Shown: positions 1 to 8,836, counted from the stretch's first letter. The stretch is DNA of 64,000 bases from an uncultured Thermoleophilia bacterium (GCA_963819905.1 CAWFXP010000001.1:146426-210425), one strand, 5' to 3'. Numbers and translations are program-made. The notes: a model not told the origin generated them from the sequence alone.

Positions 1-2
1 TC

Positions 3-305
3 CCGCTCGCCGCCATGGCGCTGGCGAAGTCGCGCCGCTACTCGTGCGTCCTCGCGCTTGGCTGCGTCATCCGCGGCGAGACGCCGCACTTCGACTACGT
101 TAGCTCCGAGGCTGCGAGCGGCGTGCAGCTCGCCGGGCTCGAGACCGGCATCCCCGTGTCGTTCGGCGTTCTCACCTGCGACACGCTCGCCCAGGCCGAG
201 GCCCGCGCCGGGGGGCCCCTGGGGAACAAGGGTGTCGAGGCCGCGCGCTCGGCGCTCGAGATGATCGAGTCGCTCGGCCTGCTGCGGGCGACGATGACCG
301 CCTAG
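3..305 (+). CDS. ribH: 6,7-dimethyl-8-ribityllumazine synthase, C-terminal part (5' end outside window)
   Basis: Translation LGCVIRGETPHFDYV...GVLTCDT...GNKGVEAA matches the lumazine synthase core; frame is open to the window edge. Confidence 0.85.
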   Translation, partial: PLAAMALAKSRRYSCVLALGCVIRGETPHFDYVSSEAASGVQLAGLETGIPVSFGVLTCDTLAQAEARAGGPLGNKGVEAARSALEMIESLGLLRATMTA

Positions 306-360
306 ATGGTTGATCGGAAAGTGTGGTGGTGTCGGGGACATCCGAGACCGAGCATGAGGC
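303..360. repeat. Direct repeat copy 1 (about 56 nt) starting at the ribH TAG stop
   Basis: TAGATGGTTGATCGGAAAGTGTGGTGGTGTCGGGGACATCCGAGACCGAGCATGAGGC; recurs at 701-756 with 2 mismatches and a 2-nt indel. Confidence 0.9.
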
Positions 361-375
361 CGTGATCGTCCGCAG

Positions 376-394
376 CCGATAGCAGCGCTATCGG
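376..394 (+). terminator. Perfect 8-bp hairpin (CCGATAGC-AGC-GCTATCGG) downstream of ribH
   Basis: Inverted repeat read directly; no U-tract, so terminator function is only inferred. Confidence 0.3.
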
Positions 395-495
395 CGAGGA
401 CGAGCGGGGGCTCAGGCGATGTGTCAAGGGTGTCATCCGGCGCCGCCACGTCGTTTTCCGGTCAATTCTCCGCCGGGCGTTCTGGCCGGGGCAGC

Positions 496-501
496 TATAC
501 T
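496..501 (+). promoter_or_regulatory. Candidate -10 box TATACT, 10 nt upstream of the rpmB ATG
   Basis: The context CAG(C/G)TATACTCC..GCGGCTCATG is shared with the rpmF upstream region (7307-7312). Confidence 0.35.
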
Positions 502-511
502 CCGGCGGCTC

Positions 512-703
512 ATGTCGAAGGTCTGCTCCGTGTGCGGCAAGGGCCCGTCCTTCGGGCACAATCGAAGCCACTCGATGGTGGCGACGAAGCGCCGCTTCGA
601 TCCGAACCTCCAGCGCGTTCGCGTCCTCGTGAACGGCGCTGCCAGGCGCGTGTACGTGTGCACGCGCTGCCTGAAGGGCGGCAAGGTCGTCAAGGCGCTC
701 TAG
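512..703 (+). CDS. rpmB: 50S ribosomal protein L28
   Basis: [38 protein letters not shown]... is a typical L28; the internal ATG is in frame within ORF 419-703. Confidence 0.9.
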   Translation: MSKVCSVCGKGPSFGHNRSHSMVATKRRFDPNLQRVRVLVNGAARRVYVCTRCLKGGKVVKAL

Positions 704-756
704 ACGGTTGATCGGAAAGTGGTGGTGTCGGGGACATCCGAGCCCGAGCATGAGGC
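701..756. repeat. Direct repeat copy 2, starting at the rpmB TAG stop
   Basis: TAGACGGTTGATCGGAAAGTGGTGGTGTCGGGGACATCCGAGCCCGAGCATGAGGC; see copy 1. Confidence 0.9.
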
Positions 757-1469
757 GACATCAGTACGAGTGCGGCGGCGCCAGCGCGTTCGCCGCCTCG
801 TACGACCTGAGCTGGGGCCGGGTGAAGGCGATCACCCGCCCCGCCCCGGGGAATCACGAGTACCAGACGGGCGGTGGAACGAACTGCGACACGAGCGGCA
901 ACGCGGCCGGCTACTACGGGTACTTCGGGCCGGCCGCCGGCGACCCGGCGAAGGGCTACTACAGCTACGACCTCGGAGACTGGCATCTCGTCGCGCTCAA
1001 CTCCGAGTGCGGCAAGGCGCAGGGGTGCGGGGCCGGCTCTCCCCAGGAGCAGTGGCTCCGGGCCGACCTGGCCGCGCATGAGTACGCCTGCACGCTCGCG
1101 TACTGGCATCGCCCGCTGTTCAGCTCGGGCGAGCATCGCGGGTTCGCGGACGTACGCCCGCTCTGGCAGGCGCTCTACGACGCGGGGGCGGACGTTGTGC
1201 TGAGCGGCCACGACTACGACTACGAGCGCTTTGCGCCGCAGACGGCGGCAGGCGCCGTGGACGCGGCGCGAGGCATCCGCCTGTTCGTGGTCGGCACGGG
1301 CGGCAGGCATCTTCGGGCGTTCGGGGCGACGGCGGCGAACAGCCAGGTGCGCGACTCGACGAGCTTCGGCGTACTCCGGCTGACCCTCCGTCCGACCTCG
1401 TACGACTGGCAGTTCGTGCCCGCGGCCGGCTCCGCGTTCACGGACAGCGGCTCCACTGCCTGTCACTGA
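708..1469 (+). pseudogene. Calcineurin-like metallophosphoesterase, 5'-truncated at the repeat boundary
   Basis: Retains the GNHEY, GHDYDYER and VVGTGG motifs. The N-terminal GDxxY/GDxH metal-binding motifs are missing. Homology begins right where repeat copy 2 ends (about 757). Confidence 0.6.
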
Positions 1470-1499
1470 CGCACCCGAGCCCTCCGCGATACTTGCTGC

Positions 1500-1883
1500 G
1501 TGCCGATCGAGGTCCTCATCGTCGAGGACAACGCCGTCTTCCGCGAGGCGCTCGAGGTGCTGCTCGGGCTCGACGGCGACCTCGAGGTCGTCGGCTCGGT
1601 CCCGGACGGACGCGGCGCCCTCGCCGCGTGCGAGGAGCACCCTCCTGACGTGATCGTGCTCGACTACCGGCTGCCCGACCTCGACGGGGTCGAGACGGCA
1701 CGGTCGCTCCGCGCCGTGTGCCCGGGGGCAGCCGTCGTGGCGCTCACGGCCGCGGCCGAGGAGCCGGTGGCCGCTGCCCTCAGGGAAGCCGGGGCGGTGG
1801 CCTGCATCACGAAGGATCGTGATCTCGGCGAGATCGTCGCCGCGATACGCGCTGCTGCGAGCACCGGTGGCACGGCTCGCTGA
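1500..1883 (+). CDS. Stand-alone response regulator receiver domain (CheY-like)
   Basis: IEVLIVEDN...VIVLDYRLPDLDG...ALTA pattern of a REC domain; no output domain. Confidence 0.8.
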   Translation: MPIEVLIVEDNAVFREALEVLLGLDGDLEVVGSVPDGRGALAACEEHPPDVIVLDYRLPDLDGVETARSLRAVCPGAAVVALTAAAEEPVAAALREAGAVACITKDRDLGEIVAAIRAAASTGGTAR

Positions 1884-3972
1884 AGGCCTCGACGCTCGGC
1901 CGTTCGCGGGGCTCGAGGACCTGCCGGGGCGGGGGCCCCACCTGCCGCGGCCGGAGCGGTTGGACGCGCCGGTCGAGTCGCTCGCCGGCGTCGGGCCGAA
2001 GCTGGGTGCCAGCCTGCGCGCGCTCGGTCTCGTCGCAGTGCGCGACCTCGTCTTCGACCGCCCGCGCCGCTACGAGCAGCCCGCGCCGGAAGCGCGGGTG
2101 AGCGATCTCCTGGCCGGCCAGGAGGCGACGATCGAGTGCGAGGTCGTCAGCATCGCGAGCCGCCCCACCCGCCGCAGGCGGCTCAGGATCGTCGAAGCCC
2201 GCGTCCGGGACGACACGGGCTCGGTGCCCGCCGTCTGGTTCAACCAGGAATGGGTGGTCGACCGGCTTCCCCCGGGCACGCGCGTCCGCTTGCGGGGCGC
2301 GATCGAGCGCGGCGGCGGCTTCGTCGTGAAGGACTACGAGACGGCCGCCGACGCCGGGCGCATGTCCCTGCCGGCACCCGTCTACCGCGCGAGCGAGGCG
2401 CTCCCCTCCCGCCGGGTGCGGGACATCGTCGCGAAGGGCCTCGTCCACCTCCCGGACGTCGCCGACCCGCTGCCCGCCGATCTCCGAGCGCGGCTCGGCC
2501 TCCCGCTCAAGCGGGACGCGCTCTCGGTGCTCCATCACCCGGACACGCTCCGCCGCGCGGAGGCCGGACGGGCGCGGCTGGCGTTCGAGGAGCTGCTCGT
2601 GCTCCAGCTCGGTCTCGCGCGCCGCCGCCGCGGCCGCGCGGAGCAGGTCGCCGTCTCGCTCGCGGCCCCGGGAGACCTCGCGGGCAGCTACCGCACGGCG
2701 CTCCCGTTCACGCTCACCGAGGCACAGGAGCGGGCGATCGCCGAGATCGACGTCGACCTGGCGCGCACCGAGCCGATGGAGCGGCTCCTGCAGGGCGACG
2801 TCGGCTCGGGGAAGACGGTGGTCGCGCTCTACGCCCTCGTCCGCGCGGTCGAGCGGGGCTGCCAGGGAGCGCTGATGGCGCCCACGGAGACCCTGGCCGA
2901 GCAGCACTTCCTGACGATCGAGGGCATCTGCGCGCGGCTCGGCGTGCCGGCCGTGCTCCTGACGAGCAGCCTGGCCGCGCGCGAGCATGCGGCGGCACGG
3001 GAAGCGCTCGCGGGCGGCGGTCCGGCCGTCGCGGTCGGGACGCACGCGCTCATCCAGGAGGGGGTCGAGCTCCCCGGCCTCGCGGTCGCCGTCGTCGACG
3101 AGCAGCACCGGTTCGGGGTCGAGCAGCGGGCCGCCCTCGCGCGCGAGCAAACGCCGCACCGGTTGCACATGACGGCGACGCCCATTCCGCGGACGCTGGC
3201 GCTGACGGTCTACGGCGACCTGGCGGTGAGCGAGATCGAGCGGCCTCCGTCGGGACGCAAGCCGATCGTCACCCGCTGGGTCTCCCACGAGCGCAGCGCG
3301 GAGGCGTACACGAGGCTCACCCGCCACCTGGCCGAGGGTCGGCAGGCGTACGTCGTCTGCCCTCTCGTCTCGCCGTCGGAGGCGATCGAGGCCCGCGCCG
3401 CGGAGGACGAGGCGAAGCGGCTCGCCCGCGCCGAGCTCCGCGAGTTCCGAGTCGGCTGCCTGCACGGCCAGCTTCCGCCGGCAGAGCGCCGCTCCGTGAT
3501 GGACGCGTTCGCCCGCGGCGAGCTGGACGTGCTCGTCGCAACGACCGTCATCGAGGTCGGGATCGACGTCCCCAACGCGACGATCATGATCGTGCAGGAG
3601 GCCGATCGCTTCGGGCTCGCTCAGCTCCACCAGCTCCGGGGGCGTGTCGGCCGCGGCGAGGAGCAGTCGTACTGCCTGCTCGTGTCACGCCCGAAGGAGG
3701 AGCTCACGGAGGCGGCCTGCGAGCGGCTGCAGGCGCTCGTCGACACGAGCGACGGGTTCGAGCTGGCGGAGATCGACCTCGAGCTGCGGGGGGAAGGACA
3801 GCTGCTCGGGACGCGCCAGACCGGGCTCTCGGACCTCGCCTTCACCCGGCTGCGAAGCGACCGGCGCCTGCTCGAGAAGGCCAGGCGGCACGCCGCCGGG
3901 CTGGTCGACAGGCAGGGCCCGCTCGACGAGGAGGTCGAGCGGATGTTCGGCGGGGCCGAGCCCGGTGCCTGA
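1867..3972 (+). CDS. recG: ATP-dependent DNA helicase RecG (start uncertain: GTG 1867 or TTG 1960)
   Basis: Wedge-domain N-terminus (VGPKLGASL...RRYE); helicase motifs GDVGSGKT, DEQHRFG, TATPIPRT, HGQL, QLHQLRGRVGRG. Confidence 0.9.
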   Translation: MARLAEGLDARPFAGLEDLPGRGPHLPRPERLDAPVESLAGVGPKLGASLRALGLVAVRDLVFDRPRRYEQPAPEARVSDLLAGQEATIECEVVSIASRPTRRRRLRIVEARVRDDTGSVPAVWFNQEWVVDRLPPGTRVRLRGAIERGGGFVVKDYETAADAGRMSLPAPVYRASEALPSRRVRDIVAKGLVHLPDVADPLPADLRARLGLPLKRDALSVLHHPDTLRRAEAGRARLAFEELLVLQLGLARRRRGRAEQVAVSLAAPGDLAGSYRTALPFTLTEAQERAIAEIDVDLARTEPMERLLQGDVGSGKTVVALYALVRAVERGCQGALMAPTETLAEQHFLTIEGICARLGVPAVLLTSSLAAREHAAAREALAGGGPAVAVGTHALIQEGVELPGLAVAVVDEQHRFGVEQRAALAREQTPHRLHMTATPIPRTLALTVYGDLAVSEIERPPSGRKPIVTRWVSHERSAEAYTRLTRHLAEGRQAYVVCPLVSPSEAIEARAAEDEAKRLARAELREFRVGCLHGQLPPAERRSVMDAFARGELDVLVATTVIEVGIDVPNATIMIVQEADRFGLAQLHQLRGRVGRGEEQSYCLLVSRPKEELTEAACERLQALVDTSDGFELAEIDLELRGEGQLLGTRQTGLSDLAFTRLRSDRRLLEKARRHAAGLVDRQGPLDEEVERMFGGAEPGA

Positions 3973-4012
3973 TCAGGCGGTCCGTCCCCGCGAAGACTGC
4001 GATCCTGTCTCG

Positions 4013-4549
4013 GTGAGGATCATCGCGGGCTCGCGGAAGGGTGCGCGGATCGCGGCCCCGAAGGGCCGGGACACGCGCCCGACAGCCGACCGCGTGCGGG
4101 AGGCGGCGTTCAACCTCGTCGGTCCCCTCGAGGGCGCCCGGGTGCTCGACCTGTACGCGGGCTCCGGTGCCATGGGGCTCGAGGCGCTGTCGCGCGGAGC
4201 TGCCGGCGCGACGTTCGTCGAGACGGACCGGGCGGCCGTCGCCGCGATCCGGCGCAACCTCGCGAAGCTCGGGCTCCCGGGTGCCGAGATCGCGGAGCAG
4301 GACGTGGCCAGGCGGGTTGCAGCCGACGCGGCGGCGGGCAAGGTTTACGATCTCGTGCTGATCGACCCGCCCTACGACATGCTCGAGCGCGCCCTCACCC
4401 GACTCGCCCCCTCGCTTCCCGCCGTGCTGGCCCCGGACGCGCTCGTGGTCGTCGAGTCGGCGGCGCCGAGCGAGCCCGAGCTCCCGCTCGCGGTGCGTAC
4501 GAGCCGACGCTACGGATCCGTCAGGCTGACCGTCTTCGAGGCGCCGTGA
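4013..4549 (+). CDS. rsmD: 16S rRNA (guanine966-N2)-methyltransferase RsmD
   Basis: RIIAGSRKG...TRPTADRVREAAFN...LDLYAGSGAMGLEALSRGA...DPPY; in-frame GTG start at 4013. Confidence 0.85.
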   Translation: MRIIAGSRKGARIAAPKGRDTRPTADRVREAAFNLVGPLEGARVLDLYAGSGAMGLEALSRGAAGATFVETDRAAVAAIRRNLAKLGLPGAEIAEQDVARRVAADAAAGKVYDLVLIDPPYDMLERALTRLAPSLPAVLAPDALVVVESAAPSEPELPLAVRTSRRYGSVRLTVFEAP

Positions 4550-5076
4550 GCGACTCGGCCCCGGTCACCGCGATCTGCCCGGGCAGCTACGACCCGGTCA
4601 CGAACGGCCACGTCGACATCATCCGCCGGGCGGCCCTGATCTTCGACCGCGTCGTCGTCGGGGTCGTGCGCGAGCCGCAGCACAAGTCGCTCATGTTCAC
4701 GGTCGAGGAGCGGGTGCAGTTCCTGACCGACGCCCTCGTGGGGCTCACGAACGTCGAGGTCGAGGTGTTCTCCGAGCTGGTCGTCGACTTCGCCCGCCGC
4801 TGGGGGGCGGGGACGATGATCAAGGGACTGCGGGCGATCTCCGACTTCGAGTGGGAGTTCCAGATGCACCACCTGAACCGGCGTCTCGCGCCGGACATCG
4901 AGACGATGTACCTGATCGCGAACTCGGAGTACAGCTTCGTCTCGTCGAGCGGCGTCAAGGAGATCGCCGCGTTCGGCGGAAACGTCGACGGCCTCGTGCC
5001 GTCGCCGGTCGCCCGCCGGTTCCAGCAGCTCTTCCCGCGCCCGAAACCGGGTGCCCCCGTCTCACCGCAAGAGTAG
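4546..5076 (+). CDS. coaD: Phosphopantetheine adenylyltransferase
   Basis: PGSYDPVTNGHVDIIRRA...KGLRAISDFEWE...; GTGA overlap with rsmD. Confidence 0.95.
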   Translation: MSDSAPVTAICPGSYDPVTNGHVDIIRRAALIFDRVVVGVVREPQHKSLMFTVEERVQFLTDALVGLTNVEVEVFSELVVDFARRWGAGTMIKGLRAISDFEWEFQMHHLNRRLAPDIETMYLIANSEYSFVSSSGVKEIAAFGGNVDGLVPSPVARRFQQLFPRPKPGAPVSPQE

Positions 5077-5087
5077 ACTGGAGGGCC

Positions 5088-5576
5088 ATGGACGTTCTCG
5101 TTCTCATCGACAAGCTCGACGATCTCGTGCACAACGCGAAGGCGGTGCCGCTGACCGACCAGGTTCGCATCGACCGCGAGGAGATCTACGACATCCTCGA
5201 CCAGATGCGCGCCACGATTCCTGAGGAGATCAAGCAGGCCCGCTGGATCGTCAAGGAGCGCCAGGAGATGCTGGCCGAGGCGAAGCGAGAGGGCGACCGG
5301 ATCCTCGGCGAGGCGCGGGAGCAGGCCGTCCGCGAGGCCTCCCAGACCGAGATCGTGAAACTCGCGGAGCACCAGGCCCAGGACATCGTCGAGGACGCGC
5401 GGCGGCAAGCGCGCGAGACGCGCCTCGAGATGGAGGACTGGGCGGATCAGATCCTGTCGACGCTCGAGACGAACCTCGACAAGTTCCTCGGCGCGGTCCG
5501 CCGCGGCCGGGAGCGTCTGCACGAGCGCTCGCAGGAATCCGTCGTCGCGACGTTCAGCGACGAGAGCCTGCACTAG
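5088..5576 (+). CDS. Conserved coiled-coil protein of unknown function (ATP synthase b / DivIVA-like helical protein)
   Basis: ATG preceded by GGAGGG; charged heptad-like sequence; lies at the conserved coaD-yceD position. Confidence 0.55.
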   Translation: MDVLVLIDKLDDLVHNAKAVPLTDQVRIDREEIYDILDQMRATIPEEIKQARWIVKERQEMLAEAKREGDRILGEAREQAVREASQTEIVKLAEHQAQDIVEDARRQARETRLEMEDWADQILSTLETNLDKFLGAVRRGRERLHERSQESVVATFSDESLH

Positions 5577-5617
5577 GCCCCGTCCCGAGTCTCGGCTGCC
5601 GTCCTCCTGGCGCCGCG

Positions 5618-5674
5618 CGCGGGACAGGTCCCGCCCCTACATGGGCGGCGTATAGGGGCCGGACCTGTCCGGCC
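5618..5674. repeat. REP-like element locus A: two inverted copies (5618-5640 reverse, 5652-5674 forward)
   Basis: Consensus GTAGGGGCCGGACCTGTCCGGCC; the two copies are 11 nt apart and can pair over about 22 bp. Confidence 0.85.
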
Positions 5675-5718
5675 CGGATCCGCGGCCTCGACCTGCGGCC
5701 GCGCGCTACCCTCGAAGG

Positions 5719-6216
5719 GTGACCGCCTTCAACCTGCGCAGCGTCAAGCTCCGCCCGGGCGAGCGGTACGAGGGACGGCTGCCGGTCGAGCTCGACCCGG
5801 TCGAGCTCGGAGGCCAGAGCTACGCACCGGTACCGCCGAGCCCGGAGGCGTCGCTCGTCGTCAACCGGCTGGCGACGGGCACGTTGTTCGAGCTCGCCCT
5901 CGACGTCTCGATCGAGGGCGCGTGCTTTCGCTGCCTCGAGCCCGCGGCCGTGCCGCTGCGGATACGGGGCCGGGAGTACCAGGCCGACTCGGCCGACGAC
6001 GAGGAGCTGCAAACGCCCTACGTCGTCGCCGGGCGGCTCGACCTGTCCTCCTGGGCACGCGATGCGGTGGTTCTCGCGCTGCCCGAGAAGATCCTCTGCC
6101 GCGACGACTGCGCCGGGCTCTGCGCCCGCTGCGGCGCCGATCTGAACCGCGCTGCGTGCACCTGCGGCCCGCCGGAGCCGGATCCCCGCTTCGAGAAGCT
6201 GAGGGAGCTCCTCTAG
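5719..6216 (+). CDS. yceD: DUF177 / YceD-family protein (large ribosomal subunit accumulation protein)
   Basis: C-terminal CxxC...CxxC cluster (CRDDCAGLCARCGADLN) and the canonical position upstream of rpmF. Confidence 0.85.
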   Translation: MTAFNLRSVKLRPGERYEGRLPVELDPVELGGQSYAPVPPSPEASLVVNRLATGTLFELALDVSIEGACFRCLEPAAVPLRIRGREYQADSADDEELQTPYVVAGRLDLSSWARDAVVLALPEKILCRDDCAGLCARCGADLNRAACTCGPPEPDPRFEKLRELL

Positions 6217-7181
6217 GTGTAGGACCCAAGCACGTTGGTTCTCGTGACCGGGGGTTGGTGGCCGAGCGCTGAGTGTTTCCTGCGATGGTTGTAGTGCCAG
6301 AGCCAGCCGTCAAGGGCGGCGGTGCGTTCGCGGCTTGAGGCGTAGATGGCTCCGTAGGCCCAGCCGTGCAGGAGAGTGCGGATGAAGCGCTCTGCCTTGC
6401 CGTTGGTCTGGGGCCGGTAGGGACGGGTGCGAAGGTGGCGGATGCCGAGCCTGCGACAGGCGAGGGCGTGGATCGTCGAGCGGTAGCACGATCCGTTATC
6501 GCTGAGGACGCGCTGCACGCGGATCCCATGGCGCCGGTAGAAAGCGGCGGCGCGGCGCAGGAAGGCGACTGCGGTCGTCGCCTTCTCGTCTTCGAGCACC
6601 TCCGCGTAGGCGAGCCGGCTGAAGTCGTCGACGGCGACGTGCACGTACTCGTAGCCGACTGTATGGCGGCGGTGGCCGTTGCGGTCCGTGAACGTGCGGT
6701 TGTAGTGCTTGGCTCCTCCGCGGACGCGCCAGCCTGCTCCGCCCTCGATGCGGCCGAGCTTCTTGACGTCGACGTGAACGAGCTCTCCCGGGCGTGTCCG
6801 CTCGTAGCGCAGGGGCTGCTCGAGCCCAAGCCGGCCGAGCTTGCCCATGCCGACTCGACGCAGGACCGCCGAGACGGTCGAGAGCGCCATCCCCAGCAGC
6901 CCTGCGATCTCGGCGGCCGTGAAGCGCAGGCGGCGTAGGGCGATCAGCGCCGCTACCCGCTCGGGAGGCGTGCGGTTAGCGACCCGCTTGGGCGCCGATG
7001 ATCGGTCGTTCAGCCCGAACTCGCCTTCGTCGCGATAGCGGCAGACCCACTTGCGGGCGCAACGCACGCTGACACCTGCAGCCGCAGCTGCCGCCCTGAG
7101 CGTCCAGCCATCCTCGACAACTCGGGTCGCCAACCGGCGACGTCCCTGCCAGCTGAGAGCCGCGTTACCGTGAAGCTTCAT
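6213..7181 (-). CDS. IS481-family DDE transposase
   Basis: HTH N-terminus plus rve core (VHVDVKK...[11 protein letters not shown]...SDNG...[14 protein letters not shown]). ATG 7181 is preceded by AGGAGG. The stop codon lies in the flanking CTAG. Confidence 0.9.
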   Translation of the reverse strand: MKLHGNAALSWQGRRRLATRVVEDGWTLRAAAAAAGVSVRCARKWVCRYRDEGEFGLNDRSSAPKRVANRTPPERVAALIALRRLRFTAAEIAGLLGMALSTVSAVLRRVGMGKLGRLGLEQPLRYERTRPGELVHVDVKKLGRIEGGAGWRVRGGAKHYNRTFTDRNGHRRHTVGYEYVHVAVDDFSRLAYAEVLEDEKATTAVAFLRRAAAFYRRHGIRVQRVLSDNGSCYRSTIHALACRRLGIRHLRTRPYRPQTNGKAERFIRTLLHGWAYGAIYASSRERTAALDGWLWHYNHRRKHSALGHQPPVTRTNVLGSYT

Positions 7182-7264
7182 CCGGTGTCCTCCTTGGACT
7201 GGGTTGCTTGGCAGCTCCCAGCCTCCAAGGAGACCCGGATGAACCAACGTGCTTAGGAACTACA
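6218..7264 (-). mobile_element. IS481-family insertion sequence, intact, 1047 bp
   Basis: 24-bp imperfect terminal inverted repeats (TGTAGGACCCAAGCACGTTGGTTC vs TGTAGTTCCTAAGCACGTTGGTTC, 21/24). 6-bp target duplication TCTAGG at 6212-6217 and 7265-7270. Confidence 0.9.
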
Positions 7265-7306
7265 TCTAGGACGGCTCCCCTGCCCGGGAACCCCGCCCGA
7301 GGCAGG

Positions 7307-7312
7307 TATACT
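7307..7312 (+). promoter_or_regulatory. Candidate -10 box TATACT, 12 nt upstream of the rpmF ATG
   Basis: Same motif context as upstream of rpmB; lies downstream of the IS insertion point. Confidence 0.35.
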
Positions 7313-7324
7313 CCCCCGCGGCTC

Positions 7325-7513
7325 ATGGCTGTCCCCAAGCGAAAGACGTCGAAAGCGCGCCGCGACAAGCGCCGTGCGCAGCACAGGCTTCGGCCCCAGG
7401 CGCTCGTCGAGTGCCCGCAGTGCCACCAGCCCAAGCGCCCTCATCACGTCTGCCCGACCTGCGGCACGTATCGGGGTCGCGAAGTCGAGCCGCTCGAGAC
7501 GCCTGCACCCTAG
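7325..7513 (+). CDS. rpmF: 50S ribosomal protein L32
   Basis: [18 protein letters not shown]...[18 protein letters not shown]. Confidence 0.9.
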   Translation: MAVPKRKTSKARRDKRRAQHRLRPQALVECPQCHQPKRPHHVCPTCGTYRGREVEPLETPAP

Positions 7514-7526
7514 GGGGCCTACGGAC

Positions 7527-8519
7527 GTGCGTATTCGAGTCGCCGTCGACGCGATGGGCGGCGATCACGCGCCGAGCGAGGTGGTCGCGGGCGCGCGTGA
7601 AGCGGTGTCGGCCGACGTCGAGCCGGTCCTGTTCGGGCCGCGCGAGGAGATCCAGCCGCTCGCGCCCGACCTCGAGATCGTCGACGCGCCGCAGGTCGTC
7701 GGGATGCACGAGAAGCCGGCGGACGCCGCCCGTGACAAGCGCGACAGCTCGCTCTTCGCCGCCTGCCGAGCCACGGCGAGGGGCGACGTCGGCGCCGTCG
7801 TGTCGGCGGGGAACACGGGCGCGATGCTGGCGGCGGGCCTGCTCGAGATCGGCCGGCTTCCGGATGTGAGCCGGCCCGCGATCGCCGCGCCGCTTCCCGC
7901 GATGCGCCGCGTGTCCGTGCTCATCGACGCCGGCGCGAACGCGGACGCGAGGCCCGAGCACCTGCTCCAGTTCGCGCACATGGGGGCCATCTTCTCGCGG
8001 GAGATCATCGGCATCCGCAACCCCGAGGTCGCTCTCCTGTCGATCGGCGAGGAGCCGGAGAAGGGAAACCGGCTCGTCCGAGAGGCTCACCGGCTGCTCG
8101 CCGAGGACGAGGACATCCGCTTCATCGGGAACATGGAGGGGAGGCAGCTGCTCGAGGGCGGCGCCGACGTCGTCGTGTGCGACGGCTTCACAGGGAACAT
8201 GGGGCTGAAGGTCCTCGAGGGGACGATCCGGAGCGTCCTGGACGGCTTTCGCGAGGAGGTCGTGAAGTCGCAGCGCGGCAAGGCGGGGGCGCTCATGATC
8301 CGTCCGGCGGCGCACGCTCTCCGGCGCCGCCTCGATCCGGACACCTACGGCGGCGCCTACTTGCTCGGGCTCAAGGGCCTTGCCGTCATCTCGCACGGGA
8401 ACTCGTCCCGCGTCGCGATCCGAAACGCGATTCAGCTTGCCGCACGCGGCATCAGCCACGACGTGATCGGTCGCATGTCGGAGGAGCTGACGACGCGGGT
8501 TTCCGCACTGCGGACATAG
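7527..8519 (+). CDS. plsX: Phosphate acyltransferase PlsX
   Basis: RIRVAVDAMGGDHAP...VSAGNTGA...CDGFTGN...GHGNS motifs. Confidence 0.9.
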   Translation: MRIRVAVDAMGGDHAPSEVVAGAREAVSADVEPVLFGPREEIQPLAPDLEIVDAPQVVGMHEKPADAARDKRDSSLFAACRATARGDVGAVVSAGNTGAMLAAGLLEIGRLPDVSRPAIAAPLPAMRRVSVLIDAGANADARPEHLLQFAHMGAIFSREIIGIRNPEVALLSIGEEPEKGNRLVREAHRLLAEDEDIRFIGNMEGRQLLEGGADVVVCDGFTGNMGLKVLEGTIRSVLDGFREEVVKSQRGKAGALMIRPAAHALRRRLDPDTYGGAYLLGLKGLAVISHGNSSRVAIRNAIQLAARGISHDVIGRMSEELTTRVSALRT

Positions 8520-8588
8520 GTCTGCTTGCGTGGTAGCATCGGCCCTCCGCCGACGCCCAACACACCGACGACAGGGGAGATTAGGAAC

Positions 8589-8834
8589 ATGGCAGCTTCG
8601 CGCGAGGAAGTCTACGAGCGGGTCAGGGACGTGCTCATCGAGCAGCTCGGGGTCGACGAGGCCGACATCAACGAGGCAGCGTCCTTCCAGGAGGATCTCG
8701 ACGCGGACTCGCTCGACCTCGTCGAGCTGATCATGGAGCTCGAGGACCAGTTCGGCGTCAAGATCTCGGACGAGGACGCCCAGGGGATCCAGACCGTCGG
8801 CCAGGCGGTCGACTACATCGCGGCGCGTACGTAG
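8589..8834 (+). CDS. acpP: Acyl carrier protein
   Basis: [17 protein letters not shown] phosphopantetheine attachment motif; Shine-Dalgarno-like GGGGAG upstream. Confidence 0.9.
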   Translation: MAASREEVYERVRDVLIEQLGVDEADINEAASFQEDLDADSLDLVELIMELEDQFGVKISDEDAQGIQTVGQAVDYIAART

Positions 8835-8836
8835 TC

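Noticed and set aside
306-365. 19-aa ORF (MVDRKVWWCRGHPRPSMRP) inside repeat copy 1
   Set aside because: The second repeat copy lacks the ATG and carries a frame-changing 2-nt indel, so conservation acts on the DNA or RNA rather than on a peptide.
1807-3630. 607-aa minus-strand ORF antisense to recG; similar cases are 9408-12233 antisense to smc, 14410-15834, 18555-19970 and 24610-25629
   Set aside because: The translations are R/P/G/A-rich and low in complexity, with no family motifs. They are typical shadow ORFs of a ~70% GC genome lying opposite well-supported genes.
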